This document shows, piece after piece, positions 54,083 to 64,000 of a stretch of 64,000 nt of DNA (the first letter of the stretch is position 1; each line of letters opens with the position of its first letter). Source of the stretch: Kofleriaceae bacterium. GTDB lineage: Bacteria > Myxococcota_A > Polyangia > Haliangiales > Haliangiaceae. The notes beneath the pieces were generated by a model. It ran no database searches and was not told the origin of the DNA. It worked only from the letters and a program-made list of their open reading frames with translations. The stretch covers positions 609,664-673,663 of the forward strand of contig CAXNMK010000002.1 of the NCBI GenBank assembly GCA_964203225.1, given 5' to 3'. Both the position numbers and the translations under genes were made by a program.

Positions 54083-54372
54083 GCCTTGGGCGCGACCGCG
54101 CGCTCGACCTTGGCCTGTGTCAGGCCGTGCAGCGTGCTCATCACGCTGTAGGCCGTCAGCTCTGCGAGGAGCTTGGTGACGCTGGCGTGCTGCTCGTCCG
54201 TGAGCGTCGACTCCACGGCCTTCATGGCGGCGACCAGGTTCGCCTCCTGGGTCGCGAGCTCCGAAGCGTCGATCACGCCGTCGGCGATCGACTGGGTGAA
54301 GTGCTCGAGCTGCTCCACGTGAGCGTCGAGGTCGGGCGTCGAATCATCACCAATCCAGCTGCTGCGTGCCAT
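54079..54372 (-). CDS. small helical hypothetical protein (97 aa)
   Basis: The ATG at 54372 has an AAGGAGA SD. It is the normal-composition C-terminal part of the 54079..56103 ORF. Confidence 0.5.
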   Translation of the reverse strand: MARSSWIGDDSTPDLDAHVEQLEHFTQSIADGVIDASELATQEANLVAAMKAVESTLTDEQHASVTKLLAELTAYSVMSTLHGLTQAKVERAVAPKA

Positions 54373-54392
54373 CGGGTTCTCCTTGTGCCGGT

Positions 54393-56189
54393 CTAGCGTC
54401 GTTCTTCGAGGATGCTCTTGATCGCGGTCAGCCGCTCCTGCAGCTTCTCCCGCCCGCCGTAGCTGTCGAGCTTGTCCCGCTTGGTCTGCGGGAGGAACTC
54501 GATGTCGGTGCACTCGATGATCGCGGCCAGCTCCTGGGCCTCGCGCTCGAGGGTCTGCGTCGACGGCATGAACCCGGCGAGCGCCTGCGCCAGCGCGTCC
54601 TTGGTGATCGTGCGCGAGCCGCCGAGCAGCGAGGTGCGGTATGCGCGGCCGACGATGCCCTCGATGTCCGCGCCCGACAGGTGGCCCTGGTGCGGGATCA
54701 CGTCGGGCAGGTCGGCCTCGGCGAGCGACGTGCCGGTCTTCCTCGCGAGGATCAGCAGCATCGAGCGCAGCTCGGCCTGATCGACCGGGTAGAACAGCGG
54801 GATGTGGATCTCGGCGCGTCCCTGGCGCTTGAGGTCGATCGGCAGGTTGTCCGGCCGCGCCGTCAGCAGCATCCACAGGATCTTGCCGCGGTAGGCGGTG
54901 TCCCCCATCTGCGACGCGATCATGCCGAAGATCCGCGCGCCCACGCCGGAGTCGCCGCCCTGGTCGCGATCGCCGAGCATGGCGTCGGCCTCGTCGACGA
55001 TCACCACGACCGGGCCCATCGAGCGCAGCACGCCGAGCACCCGCTCGAGGTTGCCCTCCGTCTCGCCGACGTACTTGCTGCGGAAGTTCTTGAGCACGAC
55101 CGCCGGGATGCCGATCGAGCCGGCGACGCAGGTCGCGAGGAAGCTCTTGCCGGTGCCGACCGGGCCGCAGAACAGATAGCCCATCGGCACGGTGTCGAGC
55201 TCGCCGCGCTTGACCAGCTCGGCGTCGTCGAGGAGCCGCTTCTTGGCGGCCTCGTGGCCGACGACGGTGTCGAGGCCCCACCTGGGCTCGACGAACTCGA
55301 GCAGGCCCTGGGCCTGGCGCTCGATCAGCCGCTTCTTGAGCTCCTTGAAGTACGTGCGGTCGAGGCGGCGGCTGCCCTCGATGGTCGAGCGCACCAGCAC
55401 CTCGAGGTCGGTCAGGCCGATGCCGGCGGTCAGCTTGCCGAGCTCCTCGGCGGTGTAGTCGGAGAACGTGCTCAGCTCGCGGCCGCTCGTCTTGATCTGC
55501 GCGTCGAGGAACGCGGCGCGCTCGGCGGCGTCGGGCAGGGGCACCTCGAGCGCGGCGACGTGTGGGTTGCCGGTCAGGCGCTCGGCGAGCGACGACAGCC
55601 GCGGGTCGATCAGCACGAACGCCATGTTGAGGCGCTTGACGTACGGGCTCGACGCCCAGTTGAGCAGCGTCACCAGGTGGGTCTGCTCGTTGAGATCGAG
55701 GTTGTCGCCCGAGGGCGCCACGTAGCCCGCGTGGTCGATCAGGACCGCCGTCCGCAGGCGCTTGTCCGGATCCGCCATCACGTTCTTCTGGACCAGCAGG
55801 TCGATCGCGGCGAGCCCGCGCGTGGGATCGCGGGGGAGCTGCCGGAGGTCCCCGATCCACTTGTTCGCGGTCTCCACCATGTCTGCCAGCCGCTTGCCGT
55901 TGCTGCCGGCAGCGCAGCGCAGGCCGCGCGCGAGGTCGTAGTGGATGACGAGGTCCCAGCGGCCGAACAGCTGCTCGGCGAGGAAGTCGGCGAGGCCGAC
56001 CCAGCGATCCGGTCCCGCGCGCACCACGTCGAACGTGTTGCCGTGGATCATGAACATCGACGTCGTGCCCGAGAAGTACAGCTCGGCGAGCTTGCCGGCC
56101 CACGCCGGAAAGTGCGCGGGCAGGGCGGTGGCCCGGGTCACGCCATCACTGCCGGCGAGCACCTTGTCGGTGCGGTTGTCCGTCGTCAT
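54393..56189 (-). CDS. classical-clade AAA ATPase with an about 330-aa N-terminal domain of unknown function
   Basis: The ATG at 56189 has a GGAAGGG SD. It has Walker A GPVGTGKS, Walker B VVIVDEADA and a second region of homology TARPDNLPIDLKRQGRAEIHI. Confidence 0.75.
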   Translation of the reverse strand: MTTDNRTDKVLAGSDGVTRATALPAHFPAWAGKLAELYFSGTTSMFMIHGNTFDVVRAGPDRWVGLADFLAEQLFGRWDLVIHYDLARGLRCAAGSNGKRLADMVETANKWIGDLRQLPRDPTRGLAAIDLLVQKNVMADPDKRLRTAVLIDHAGYVAPSGDNLDLNEQTHLVTLLNWASSPYVKRLNMAFVLIDPRLSSLAERLTGNPHVAALEVPLPDAAERAAFLDAQIKTSGRELSTFSDYTAEELGKLTAGIGLTDLEVLVRSTIEGSRRLDRTYFKELKKRLIERQAQGLLEFVEPRWGLDTVVGHEAAKKRLLDDAELVKRGELDTVPMGYLFCGPVGTGKSFLATCVAGSIGIPAVVLKNFRSKYVGETEGNLERVLGVLRSMGPVVVIVDEADAMLGDRDQGGDSGVGARIFGMIASQMGDTAYRGKILWMLLTARPDNLPIDLKRQGRAEIHIPLFYPVDQAELRSMLLILARKTGTSLAEADLPDVIPHQGHLSGADIEGIVGRAYRTSLLGGSRTITKDALAQALAGFMPSTQTLEREAQELAAIIECTDIEFLPQTKRDKLDSYGGREKLQERLTAIKSILEERR

Positions 56190-57133
56190 CGGCGGTTCCC
56201 TTCCACGGCGCGCTGCGGGGTCAGATCGGTGTCGAGGATCGACGGGGTGCCATCGGCGTCGGTGACGCCCGTGATCTGCTGCAGCTCGCGGATCGTCTGC
56301 TCGGTCTGCGAGATGCCCTCGGAGATCGCGTCGATGCGGTGGGTCATCTCGTCCGGATCGGTGCTGCCGACCGCGAGCTCGGTGACCGCCTGGATCTTGT
56401 TCTCCAGCCGATCGATCTCGGTCGCGATGAACTCGGCGTTGTGCCGCGCCTTCTCGACGTTGTCCTTGCGCGCCTCCGCGGTGGAGATGCTGTCGTCGAG
56501 GGAGCGGATGATGCGGTCGTCGGCCTGGTTGACCTCGCCCACCGAGTCCGCGCGCTTCTTGCGCCGGACCTTGAGGTCCCCGAGGGTCTTGTCGATCGAG
56601 CCCTCGTCGGCGGCCTGCAGGAACCGCGAGATCGCCTGCTCGGACAGCAGCAGCCGCAGGAACACCCACAGCAGCCGGTCGAGCGCCGGCGTGCGCAGCT
56701 CGGTCGAAGCGCCGCTGGCGTCCCCGGTGTCGCCACGCACGGCGTTGGCGATCCGCGACATCTCCACGCAGCGCGCGCGCAGCCGGAGGAACCGCGACCG
56801 GCGATCCTCGGTCAGCGACTTCAGCACGTCGAGGATGCGCGCGCGGCCGGCCTCCGGATCCTGGGTCGCCCCCGGCGAGGTCGCGGGGCGGCCCCCGGTG
56901 AGGCCGCGCTCCTCGGCGCGCGACCTGGCGTCGATCGCGCCCTGGAACCGCGGCAGCGACGTCAGGCCCGCGAGGTAGGTGACCTCGGCGGCGGCGATCA
57001 GCGGCAGCGCGATGTCCGCGTGCCCCGACACGATCGCGGCGGCGGCCGCTCCCCCGAACAGGAGGAGGTTCCAGCGGAACATGAACGCTTCCTTGAGGTA
57101 GCGAATCAGTCCGGCTTTGTGGGGTTCGGCCAT
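56186..57133 (-). CDS. membrane protein with N-terminal TM helices and a C-terminal coiled coil
   Basis: It has a hydrophobic segment (NLLLFGGAAAAAIVSGHADIALPLIAAAEVTYLAGL) and a coiled-coil C-terminus. The stop overlaps the AAA ATPase start (ATGA). Confidence 0.55.
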   Translation of the reverse strand: MAEPHKAGLIRYLKEAFMFRWNLLLFGGAAAAAIVSGHADIALPLIAAAEVTYLAGLTSLPRFQGAIDARSRAEERGLTGGRPATSPGATQDPEAGRARILDVLKSLTEDRRSRFLRLRARCVEMSRIANAVRGDTGDASGASTELRTPALDRLLWVFLRLLLSEQAISRFLQAADEGSIDKTLGDLKVRRKKRADSVGEVNQADDRIIRSLDDSISTAEARKDNVEKARHNAEFIATEIDRLENKIQAVTELAVGSTDPDEMTHRIDAISEGISQTEQTIRELQQITGVTDADGTPSILDTDLTPQRAVEGNRR

Positions 57134-57137
57134 CGCG

Positions 57138-58492
<1,355 letters not shown>

Positions 58493-58493
<1 letters not shown>

Positions 58494-59560
58494 CACAGGT
58501 CCTTTCGCCACGCGAACACGCCGCGCTGCAGGGTGCGGAGCACCAGATCGAGGGTGAACGCGAGCGCGGCGATCACGAACAGCAGCAGGTACACGTGGTT
58601 GTACAGGCCCTGGCGCTGGCTGACCGTGATCAGCTTGCCGAGGCCGAAATGCGTGTCGACCTCCTCGACGAGCATGATGTAGCCGAGCGCCAGCCCGAGC
58701 TGGAACCGCAGGCTGGTCAGGATGTCGGGCAGCGCGAGCGGGATCAGCACCTTGCCGACGATCTGCAGGCGCGAGGCGCCGAGCGTCTGGGCGGTCTCGA
58801 CGTAGCGGTCCGGCACGATCGCGATCGCCTTGACCGTGTCCGAGAACACGAACGGGACGATCGCGAGGAACAGGAACATCCACTTCTGCTTCTCGCCGTC
58901 CGAGAACAGCAGCAACGTCAGCGGAATCAGCGCGCCCATCGGCACCGACCGCAGGAAGATCACGAGAGGTGCGAGCGTGGCGCCGACGCCGCGGTTCGAT
59001 GCTGCGAGGACGCCGACCGAGATCCCGACGAGCGCGGCGAGGCCGACGCCGAGGAACACGCGCGTCAGCGTGTCGATGATGCTGTCGATCAGGTTGCGGT
59101 CGGTGAGCGAGCCGAAGCTGCCGAACACCTCGCCGGGGCTCGGCAGCTTGACCGGCGAGATCACGCGCTCGGTGGCCGAGCCGCGCGTCAGGAGGAACCA
59201 CAGCAGGAACACCAGGACGATCAGGCCGATGCCGAGGGCGATCCGGACGCTCGCCGGTGGATCGGCGCGCAGCGTCTGCCACCACGGCGGCGCCGAGGGA
59301 ACGCCCTCGGCGTGGGGCGACGCCGCGGCGACCACCGCCGTGCCGGCGGCGGGCTGCTTCTGGGAGTCGATCGATGGGGGGCCTGCCCGCCCCCCCTTCG
59401 CCGGCGCAGCCCGCGAACTCACCCCTCCACGCGCTTCCCGCGCGGAGTCGGACGGGGGGGTCGCCTCGGCGCCCTTCGCCGCGGGCGCGGTGGCCGTCAC
59501 CTTCTCGCCCGACCCCACCTCCGGCGCGTTCGCCGGATCCTTCGACGGCTCGTCCGCCAC
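58493..59560 (-). CDS. ABC transporter permease (binding-protein-dependent family)
   Basis: It has six TM helices and an EAA-like loop (TLGASRLQIVGKVLIPLALPDI). A GTG start lies 6 nt after the upstream TAG. It has a hydrophilic N-terminal extension. Confidence 0.75.
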
Positions 59561-59566
59561 TGCGCT

Positions 59567-61309
59567 CTACTGCGCCTCGGCCGGGACGACCTTGACCTCC
59601 ACGCGACGGTTCTTCGCGTGGTTGGTGGGGTCGCTCGGGTCCGCGGGCTTCGACCAGCCGTGGCCGGTCGTCGAGAACTGGTTCGGCTGCATCTTGAACC
59701 GGTTGACGAGCGCCTCCTTGACGGAGTTCGCGCGCTGCTCGGACAGCCCCTTGACCAGGCTCTCGTCCGCCGAGCCCTTCATCGAGGCGTCGGTGTGACC
59801 CTCGATCACGATGCGCGCGGCGCCGAACTGACCGGCGAGCTTCGCGATCTCCTCGACGGTGTACTCGACGTTGCCATCGTAGAGCACCTCGCCGGGGCCG
59901 CTCGTGGCCGCGACCTTCTTGGTCAGGTCGTACGAGTTCGGGAAGAAGTTGATGGTCACCGTCTTGGTGAGCACCGAGCTCTCGACGTTGATCTCGCTGC
60001 CCGACGCCGGGGTGAACTTGAACTCGTACTCGTTCGTGCTCGCGGCGTACTTGGGGTCCGCGCCGAGCTTCTTGATCACGGAGAAGTCCATGATCTTGTC
60101 GAACGCGGTCTTGTCGGCGACCGCGCGGATCGCCTTGTAGAGCAGGAACGCGGTGTTGTACGTGCGCTCGAAGTTGGTCGGGTTCGAGGCGACCAGGAAG
60201 AAGTCGCGGTTCTCGGCGTAGTTGGTCCAGTGCGCGTCGGCGAGCATGCCCGAGGCGGTGCCCGGCGGCAGGCCGTAGAAGTCGTCCATCAGCTTCGAGA
60301 CGCCGGCCTTCTTGTCGTCGGCCTTGAGCTCCTCGGTCGAGTCGAGGATGCCGCGGACCAGGCCCTCGATGATGTCCGGGTTGTCACGGCCGAAGTCGGC
60401 GCGGGCGAACCACACGTCGGCGATCAGCTTGTTCGCGGTCGCGGTCGACACCAGCATGCGGTTGCCCATGCCGGTCTTGGTCAGGTTGTAGATGTCCGGG
60501 GCCCACGTGACGACGCCCGCGATGTCCTTGTTCTGGTTGAACGCGGCGGCGGCCTGGAACGCGTCCTTGGTGAACTTCATCTTCACCTCGGACGGCTGCA
60601 CGCCACCGTTGAGCAGGACGTTGAGCAGGAAGTAGTGCGACGGCGAGTTCTGCGCGAGCACGACGGTCTTGCCGCGCAGGTCCGTGATGCTCTTGATCGC
60701 GTCGCGGACGACGATGCCATCGCCGCCGTTGGACCAGTCGATCTGCTGGTAGACGCGCGGCATCGTGCGCGGGTCGCTCTTGAGGCGCTCGATCAGGAGC
60801 GGCAGCATGTCGACGGTCGCCCACCCGATGTGGACGCTGCCGTTCGCGACGGTGTTGCCCATGCTGACGGGGTCGTCGACGAGGACGAGCTCGACCTGGA
60901 AGTCGTTGCCCTTGGCGTCCTTCCAGACCTTGCCGGGCTTGCCGCCCTGGTTGGCCCACAGGATCGGGGCCCAGCCGGCCCACACGTTGATCGCGAACCG
61001 CACGACGCGCGGCTTGCCGAGCGCCTTGTACTCCGCCGTGCCGGGGACGGCGGGCAGGGTGGTCGACGGCTCGAACGCGTACTCCGTGACCGTGGTCGGC
61101 GGCGCGTTCGGATCCGGGTTCTCGGCACTGGAGGCCGATCCCGCGCCGGAGCCCTTCTTGACGATGTTCGGATCGATGAAGGTGGCGTCGCCCCCGGTGT
61201 CCTTCTTGCTCGAGTTACAGCGGTAGAACGCCAGACCGCACAGGCCCGCCACGACGGCGAGCACGGCGATCAAGAACGCCGGCTTCGGCTTCCCTGCTCC
61301 GTTGGACAT
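59567..61309 (-). CDS. ABC substrate-binding protein (NMT1/TauA-like) fused to a C-terminal OmpA-like peptidoglycan-binding domain, with an N-terminal TM anchor
   Basis: The N-terminal TM is FLIAVLAVVAGLCGLAFY. The NMT1-like SBP core is FAINVWAGWAPILWANQGG... The C-terminus has OmpA_C-like motifs (ARIVIEGHTDASMKGSADESL...SEQRANSVKEAL...NRRVEV). GC content is locally lower. Confidence 0.7.
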   Translation of the reverse strand: MSNGAGKPKPAFLIAVLAVVAGLCGLAFYRCNSSKKDTGGDATFIDPNIVKKGSGAGSASSAENPDPNAPPTTVTEYAFEPSTTLPAVPGTAEYKALGKPRVVRFAINVWAGWAPILWANQGGKPGKVWKDAKGNDFQVELVLVDDPVSMGNTVANGSVHIGWATVDMLPLLIERLKSDPRTMPRVYQQIDWSNGGDGIVVRDAIKSITDLRGKTVVLAQNSPSHYFLLNVLLNGGVQPSEVKMKFTKDAFQAAAAFNQNKDIAGVVTWAPDIYNLTKTGMGNRMLVSTATANKLIADVWFARADFGRDNPDIIEGLVRGILDSTEELKADDKKAGVSKLMDDFYGLPPGTASGMLADAHWTNYAENRDFFLVASNPTNFERTYNTAFLLYKAIRAVADKTAFDKIMDFSVIKKLGADPKYAASTNEYEFKFTPASGSEINVESSVLTKTVTINFFPNSYDLTKKVAATSGPGEVLYDGNVEYTVEEIAKLAGQFGAARIVIEGHTDASMKGSADESLVKGLSEQRANSVKEALVNRFKMQPNQFSTTGHGWSKPADPSDPTNHAKNRRVEVKVVPAEAQ

Positions 61310-61324
61310 GTTCGTGACTCCTGC

Positions 61325-62089
61325 TTACTCGGTGACCTTGGTGGGTTCGCTGCGCTCGGTCTCGGCGGGGCCGAGGTCCTTGGCGGTGGCGATCACGGGC
61401 GTGGTCTCGGGCGCGCGCATGCCGAGCTCGACCTCGAGGTCGCGCAGCGCGTCGTCGGCCATCGACTGCTCCATCTTCTCCTCGGCGACGATCTTGTCGA
61501 GGCCCTCGTTGGAGAGGTCGCTGGCGACCCGCGCCTTGCCGCGGTTGCCATCGATCTTGCGCTGGATGACGTCCTCGAGCTGACCGAAGTCGGTCGTGAC
61601 GTCCATGTTGAAGCTCTGGGTGAGCTTCGCGACCTCGGCCTCGGCCTCGCTCATCTTGAGCTCGGCGTCGTACTTGGAGATCTTGTCCTTGACCTCGACC
61701 AGCTTCTTGTTCGCGAACTGGATCTTCTTGAGGTTGTTCTGGTAGGCGCCCTCGTGCATCGCGAGCTGCTGCTGGTTCTCGTCGAGCGTGGCCTTCGCCT
61801 TGGTCAGCTGCAGCGCGAAGCTGCCCGCCGTCTCGCGATCACCCGCCTTGAGGTAGGCCTTGGCCTGAGCCTGGAGCTTGGCGATCTCCTTCTCCCCGTC
61901 CTTGACCTGCCGAGACACCCGCTCCACCAGGCCGCGGTACTGCTCGAGGCCAATGCGGCCTTCCTTGAGCTGCTCGACCGCCTGATCGTACTCGTACTGC
62001 ATCTGGGCGATCGGGTCGGCCTCCCAGAAGTAGTTCGCGAGCTTGTTGAGCTGAGCCCGGATCGCACCAAAGAACTTACCCAGAATCAT
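61325..62089 (-). CDS. PspA/IM30 (Vipp1) family protein, a bacterial ESCRT-III-like protein
   Basis: The ATG at 62089 has a GGAGG SD. The N-terminus (MILGKFFGAIRAQLNKLANYFWEADPIAQMQYEYDQAVEQL) aligns with PspA (IFSRFADI...EDPQKLVRLMIQEMED). The rest is a long coiled coil. Confidence 0.7.
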   Translation of the reverse strand: MILGKFFGAIRAQLNKLANYFWEADPIAQMQYEYDQAVEQLKEGRIGLEQYRGLVERVSRQVKDGEKEIAKLQAQAKAYLKAGDRETAGSFALQLTKAKATLDENQQQLAMHEGAYQNNLKKIQFANKKLVEVKDKISKYDAELKMSEAEAEVAKLTQSFNMDVTTDFGQLEDVIQRKIDGNRGKARVASDLSNEGLDKIVAEEKMEQSMADDALRDLEVELGMRAPETTPVIATAKDLGPAETERSEPTKVTE

Positions 62090-62320
62090 CTTGGACCTCC
62101 GCCCGCGCTCATCACCCGGCGCCGGGGAGGGAAAGGTACGAAGGACCCCGAGCGGGCTCAAGCCCGCGGGACCACGTTTACGCCGTCCAGGTGATCCGGG
62201 TGGCCCCGGAGGGGCCGTCGCGGGGCCGGGGGGCGCGGTCGCACGCGGGCGCAGCGCGGCCTTGCCCAGATGTGGCGCGACGGACGTGGCGGCGAGCGGC
62301 CCCGCGCGGGGACCGCCTGG

Positions 62321-63688
62321 CTAGAACGAGACCTGGGCCTCGACGCCGACCGACAGCGCGAAGTTGTCGGTCGAGAAGTAGCGGTGGCCGACGAGGTCGA
62401 TCGCCGGCACGCTCGCCGGGTTGACCTCGCGCGTGCTCGGGTTGACGACGTCGTTGGTGTCGGTCTCGCAGTCGGACGTGGAGCCGTCGCAGGTCGGCAG
62501 GTCGATGCCGGCGTCGGCGAACGTGATCGCGTGATCGGACTTCCAGGCGAGGTCCGCGACGGCGGCGAACTGCACGTTCTTGCCGAGGCGGCCGCGCAGG
62601 GCGACCCGGGTGGCGGTCTCGATGTAGTTCTCGACGTTGGACACGCCGGGGTATGACAGCGCCTGGGTGCCGCTGGTCACCGGGTCGCGGTCGAGGATCA
62701 GGGGGCCGGTCCCGCGGCTGTCACCGGCGAGCGCGAACACCTCCCACATTTCGGTGTACGCGCGACCCTCGAAGTGGGCGACCAGGCGGGCGCCGACGTC
62801 GAATCCGATCTGGTTGCCGTTGGCGGTGTCGTTGACGATGTAGGTCTCGAGGCCGAACGAGGTGCCGGCGGTCTGCGACGGGGCCGGGTTGGTCGAGCCG
62901 TACCCGGGATCCTGGAACAGCGAACCCCGCGTGGTGGTCAGCGGGACCATCCAGAACGCCTCGAACCAGCCCTCGGCGCGGCTGAACTGGCGCGCGACGC
63001 TGGTGTAGAGCCGGAGCTCGTGGATGCCGCGGCCGACCGCGGTCTCCGAGCCGGGATCGAGCGCGTCCATCTTGGCGACGCCGCCGACCGCGAGGCGGAC
63101 CTCGCCGCCGATCTTCCAGGTCGGCTTGGTGTCGTCGCGGCGCTGGTTCATCGGCGCGACATGGAGCCCGAGGTGGATCTGGTCGAGGCCCGAGCGGGAC
63201 AGGCCGCGGAAGGCGAGGCCGCCTGGAGGGGCCGCCGACGGGTCGCGGGCGTCGAACCCGCCGCCGGTCAGCAGGCCATCGGTGAACGTCGACGAGCTGG
63301 CCGCGTTGACGCCATCGGCGAACCCGAGCTCGCGGGCCTGCCCGATCGTGATGGGCAGTGCGAGTGACAGCCAGGTGTCCTGGAACACGCTGAGGTCAGC
63401 GCGCGGCGTGATCACGTGCTGGGACTGCGTGAAGTCGAGGTCCTTCGCGCGCGGGATCGCGGCGAGCGGATCGCTGACGGTCCCGACCCGCTCGCGCGTG
63501 ATCGTCGAGCGATCGAGCTGGTAGCTGTAGTCCAGCCGGACGTGCAGGTCGATCGAGTTACCCGGATCGCCCGCGCTCGGCACGGTGGACGCGGGATTCG
63601 CCTGCACGGCGCTCGTGAGGGCGAGGAGGCTCGCCAGCGTGGTCACCAGCGTCGTCGAATGTCGAAGCACCGCCCCGGACGGTATCAC
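62321..63688 (-). CDS. outer-membrane beta-barrel protein
   Basis: It has a signal peptide ([17 protein letters not shown]), alternating beta-strand pattern and a C-terminal ...[10 protein letters not shown]. Confidence 0.6.
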   Translation of the reverse strand: MIPSGAVLRHSTTLVTTLASLLALTSAVQANPASTVPSAGDPGNSIDLHVRLDYSYQLDRSTITRERVGTVSDPLAAIPRAKDLDFTQSQHVITPRADLSVFQDTWLSLALPITIGQARELGFADGVNAASSSTFTDGLLTGGGFDARDPSAAPPGGLAFRGLSRSGLDQIHLGLHVAPMNQRRDDTKPTWKIGGEVRLAVGGVAKMDALDPGSETAVGRGIHELRLYTSVARQFSRAEGWFEAFWMVPLTTTRGSLFQDPGYGSTNPAPSQTAGTSFGLETYIVNDTANGNQIGFDVGARLVAHFEGRAYTEMWEVFALAGDSRGTGPLILDRDPVTSGTQALSYPGVSNVENYIETATRVALRGRLGKNVQFAAVADLAWKSDHAITFADAGIDLPTCDGSTSDCETDTNDVVNPSTREVNPASVPAIDLVGHRYFSTDNFALSVGVEAQVSF

Positions 63689-63783
63689 CAGATGTGCCGC
63701 GATGGCAGGAGCGCCCTGCCCGGAAGCGCGCGGGATCCCGCGGCGTCGGGCCCGGCACCGGGCCGGGGGGCTGGTCCGCCGGC

Positions 63784-64000
63784 TCAGGCTTCCTTGTCGC
63801 GCAGCCCGAGCTCCTTCATCTTCATCTGGAGGCTCTTGCGGCTGATCTTGAGCAGGCGCGCGGCCTGCGTGACGTTGCCGCCGGTCTCCTCGAGCGCCTT
63901 GATGATCAGCTCGCGCTCGACGCGCGAGGTCTCGGCGCGGACGATGTCCTTGAGCGATCCGGAGGCCGCGCCCCCGTGCTCGCCGACCACTGCGTCGTCG
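63784..64000 (-). CDS. C-terminal fragment of a sigma-54-dependent (NtrC-family) regulator; the rest lies beyond the window
   Basis: The C-terminus is a Fis-type HTH ([37 protein letters not shown]). The ORF is open to the window end. Confidence 0.7.
   Translation of the reverse strand, partial: DDAVVGEHGGAASGSLKDIVRAETSRVERELIIKALEETGGNVTQAARLLKISRKSLQMKMKELGLRDKEA

Noticed and set aside
62100-62320. Sigma-54 -24/-12 promoter upstream of pspA
   Set aside because: Only a weak match was found (TGGGCA-N7-GC, about 170 nt upstream). It is not reported as a feature and is mentioned only as a hypothesis within the operon finding.

Overview
This is a 64 kb stretch of a very high-GC (~70%) bacterial chromosome. 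It has many Ser/Thr kinases, lipobox lipoproteins, sigma-54 activators with FHA domains, an ECF sigma/anti-sigma pair and Cys-rich secreted proteins, which points to a myxobacterium-like (Myxococcota) genome. I can support roughly 55 genes. Because of the GC content, many long Arg-rich ORFs in the six-frame track are artefacts and were rejected. Housekeeping anchors are groES-groEL (with a CIRCE operator), panC, kup, corA, glpD, a Ski2-like DExH helicase and a GST.

The main findings are:
1. A vault-like locus at 29.7-41.0 kb. It has a clear bacterial homolog of the eukaryotic major vault protein (MVP), with an apparent 1-nt frameshift. Upstream of it on the same strand is a TM-anchored hypothetical, and downstream a 24-bp tandem repeat and a Ser/Thr kinase. 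Divergent from the TM hypothetical is an ECF sigma factor followed by a giant anti-sigma(FecR)-VIT-vWA-TPR protein. VIT+vWA is the domain pair of the vault partner VPARP. This giant gene is frameshifted inside an 18-bp Pro/Ala tandem repeat.
2. A tightly packed 9-gene minus-strand operon at 52.4-62.1 kb: PspA/IM30 (ESCRT-III-like), a substrate-binding protein fused to an OmpA-like domain, ABC permease and ATPase, a TM coiled-coil protein, a classical-clade AAA ATPase, two small proteins and a pseudo-receiver-GHKL ATPase with a TM tail. An FHA sigma-54 activator follows it.
3. A Ser/Thr kinase fused to an nSTAND1 NTPase, a TM helix and a coiled coil, with a PEGA-domain partner.
4. Several repeat families: a 23-bp palindromic element in five copies, an 18-bp perfect inverted repeat plus 12-bp x5 tandem repeats downstream of groEL, and G/C homopolymer runs at the 5' end of a lipase gene.

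No rRNA, CRISPR array or obvious transposase was found. tRNAs were not searched for systematically by eye.
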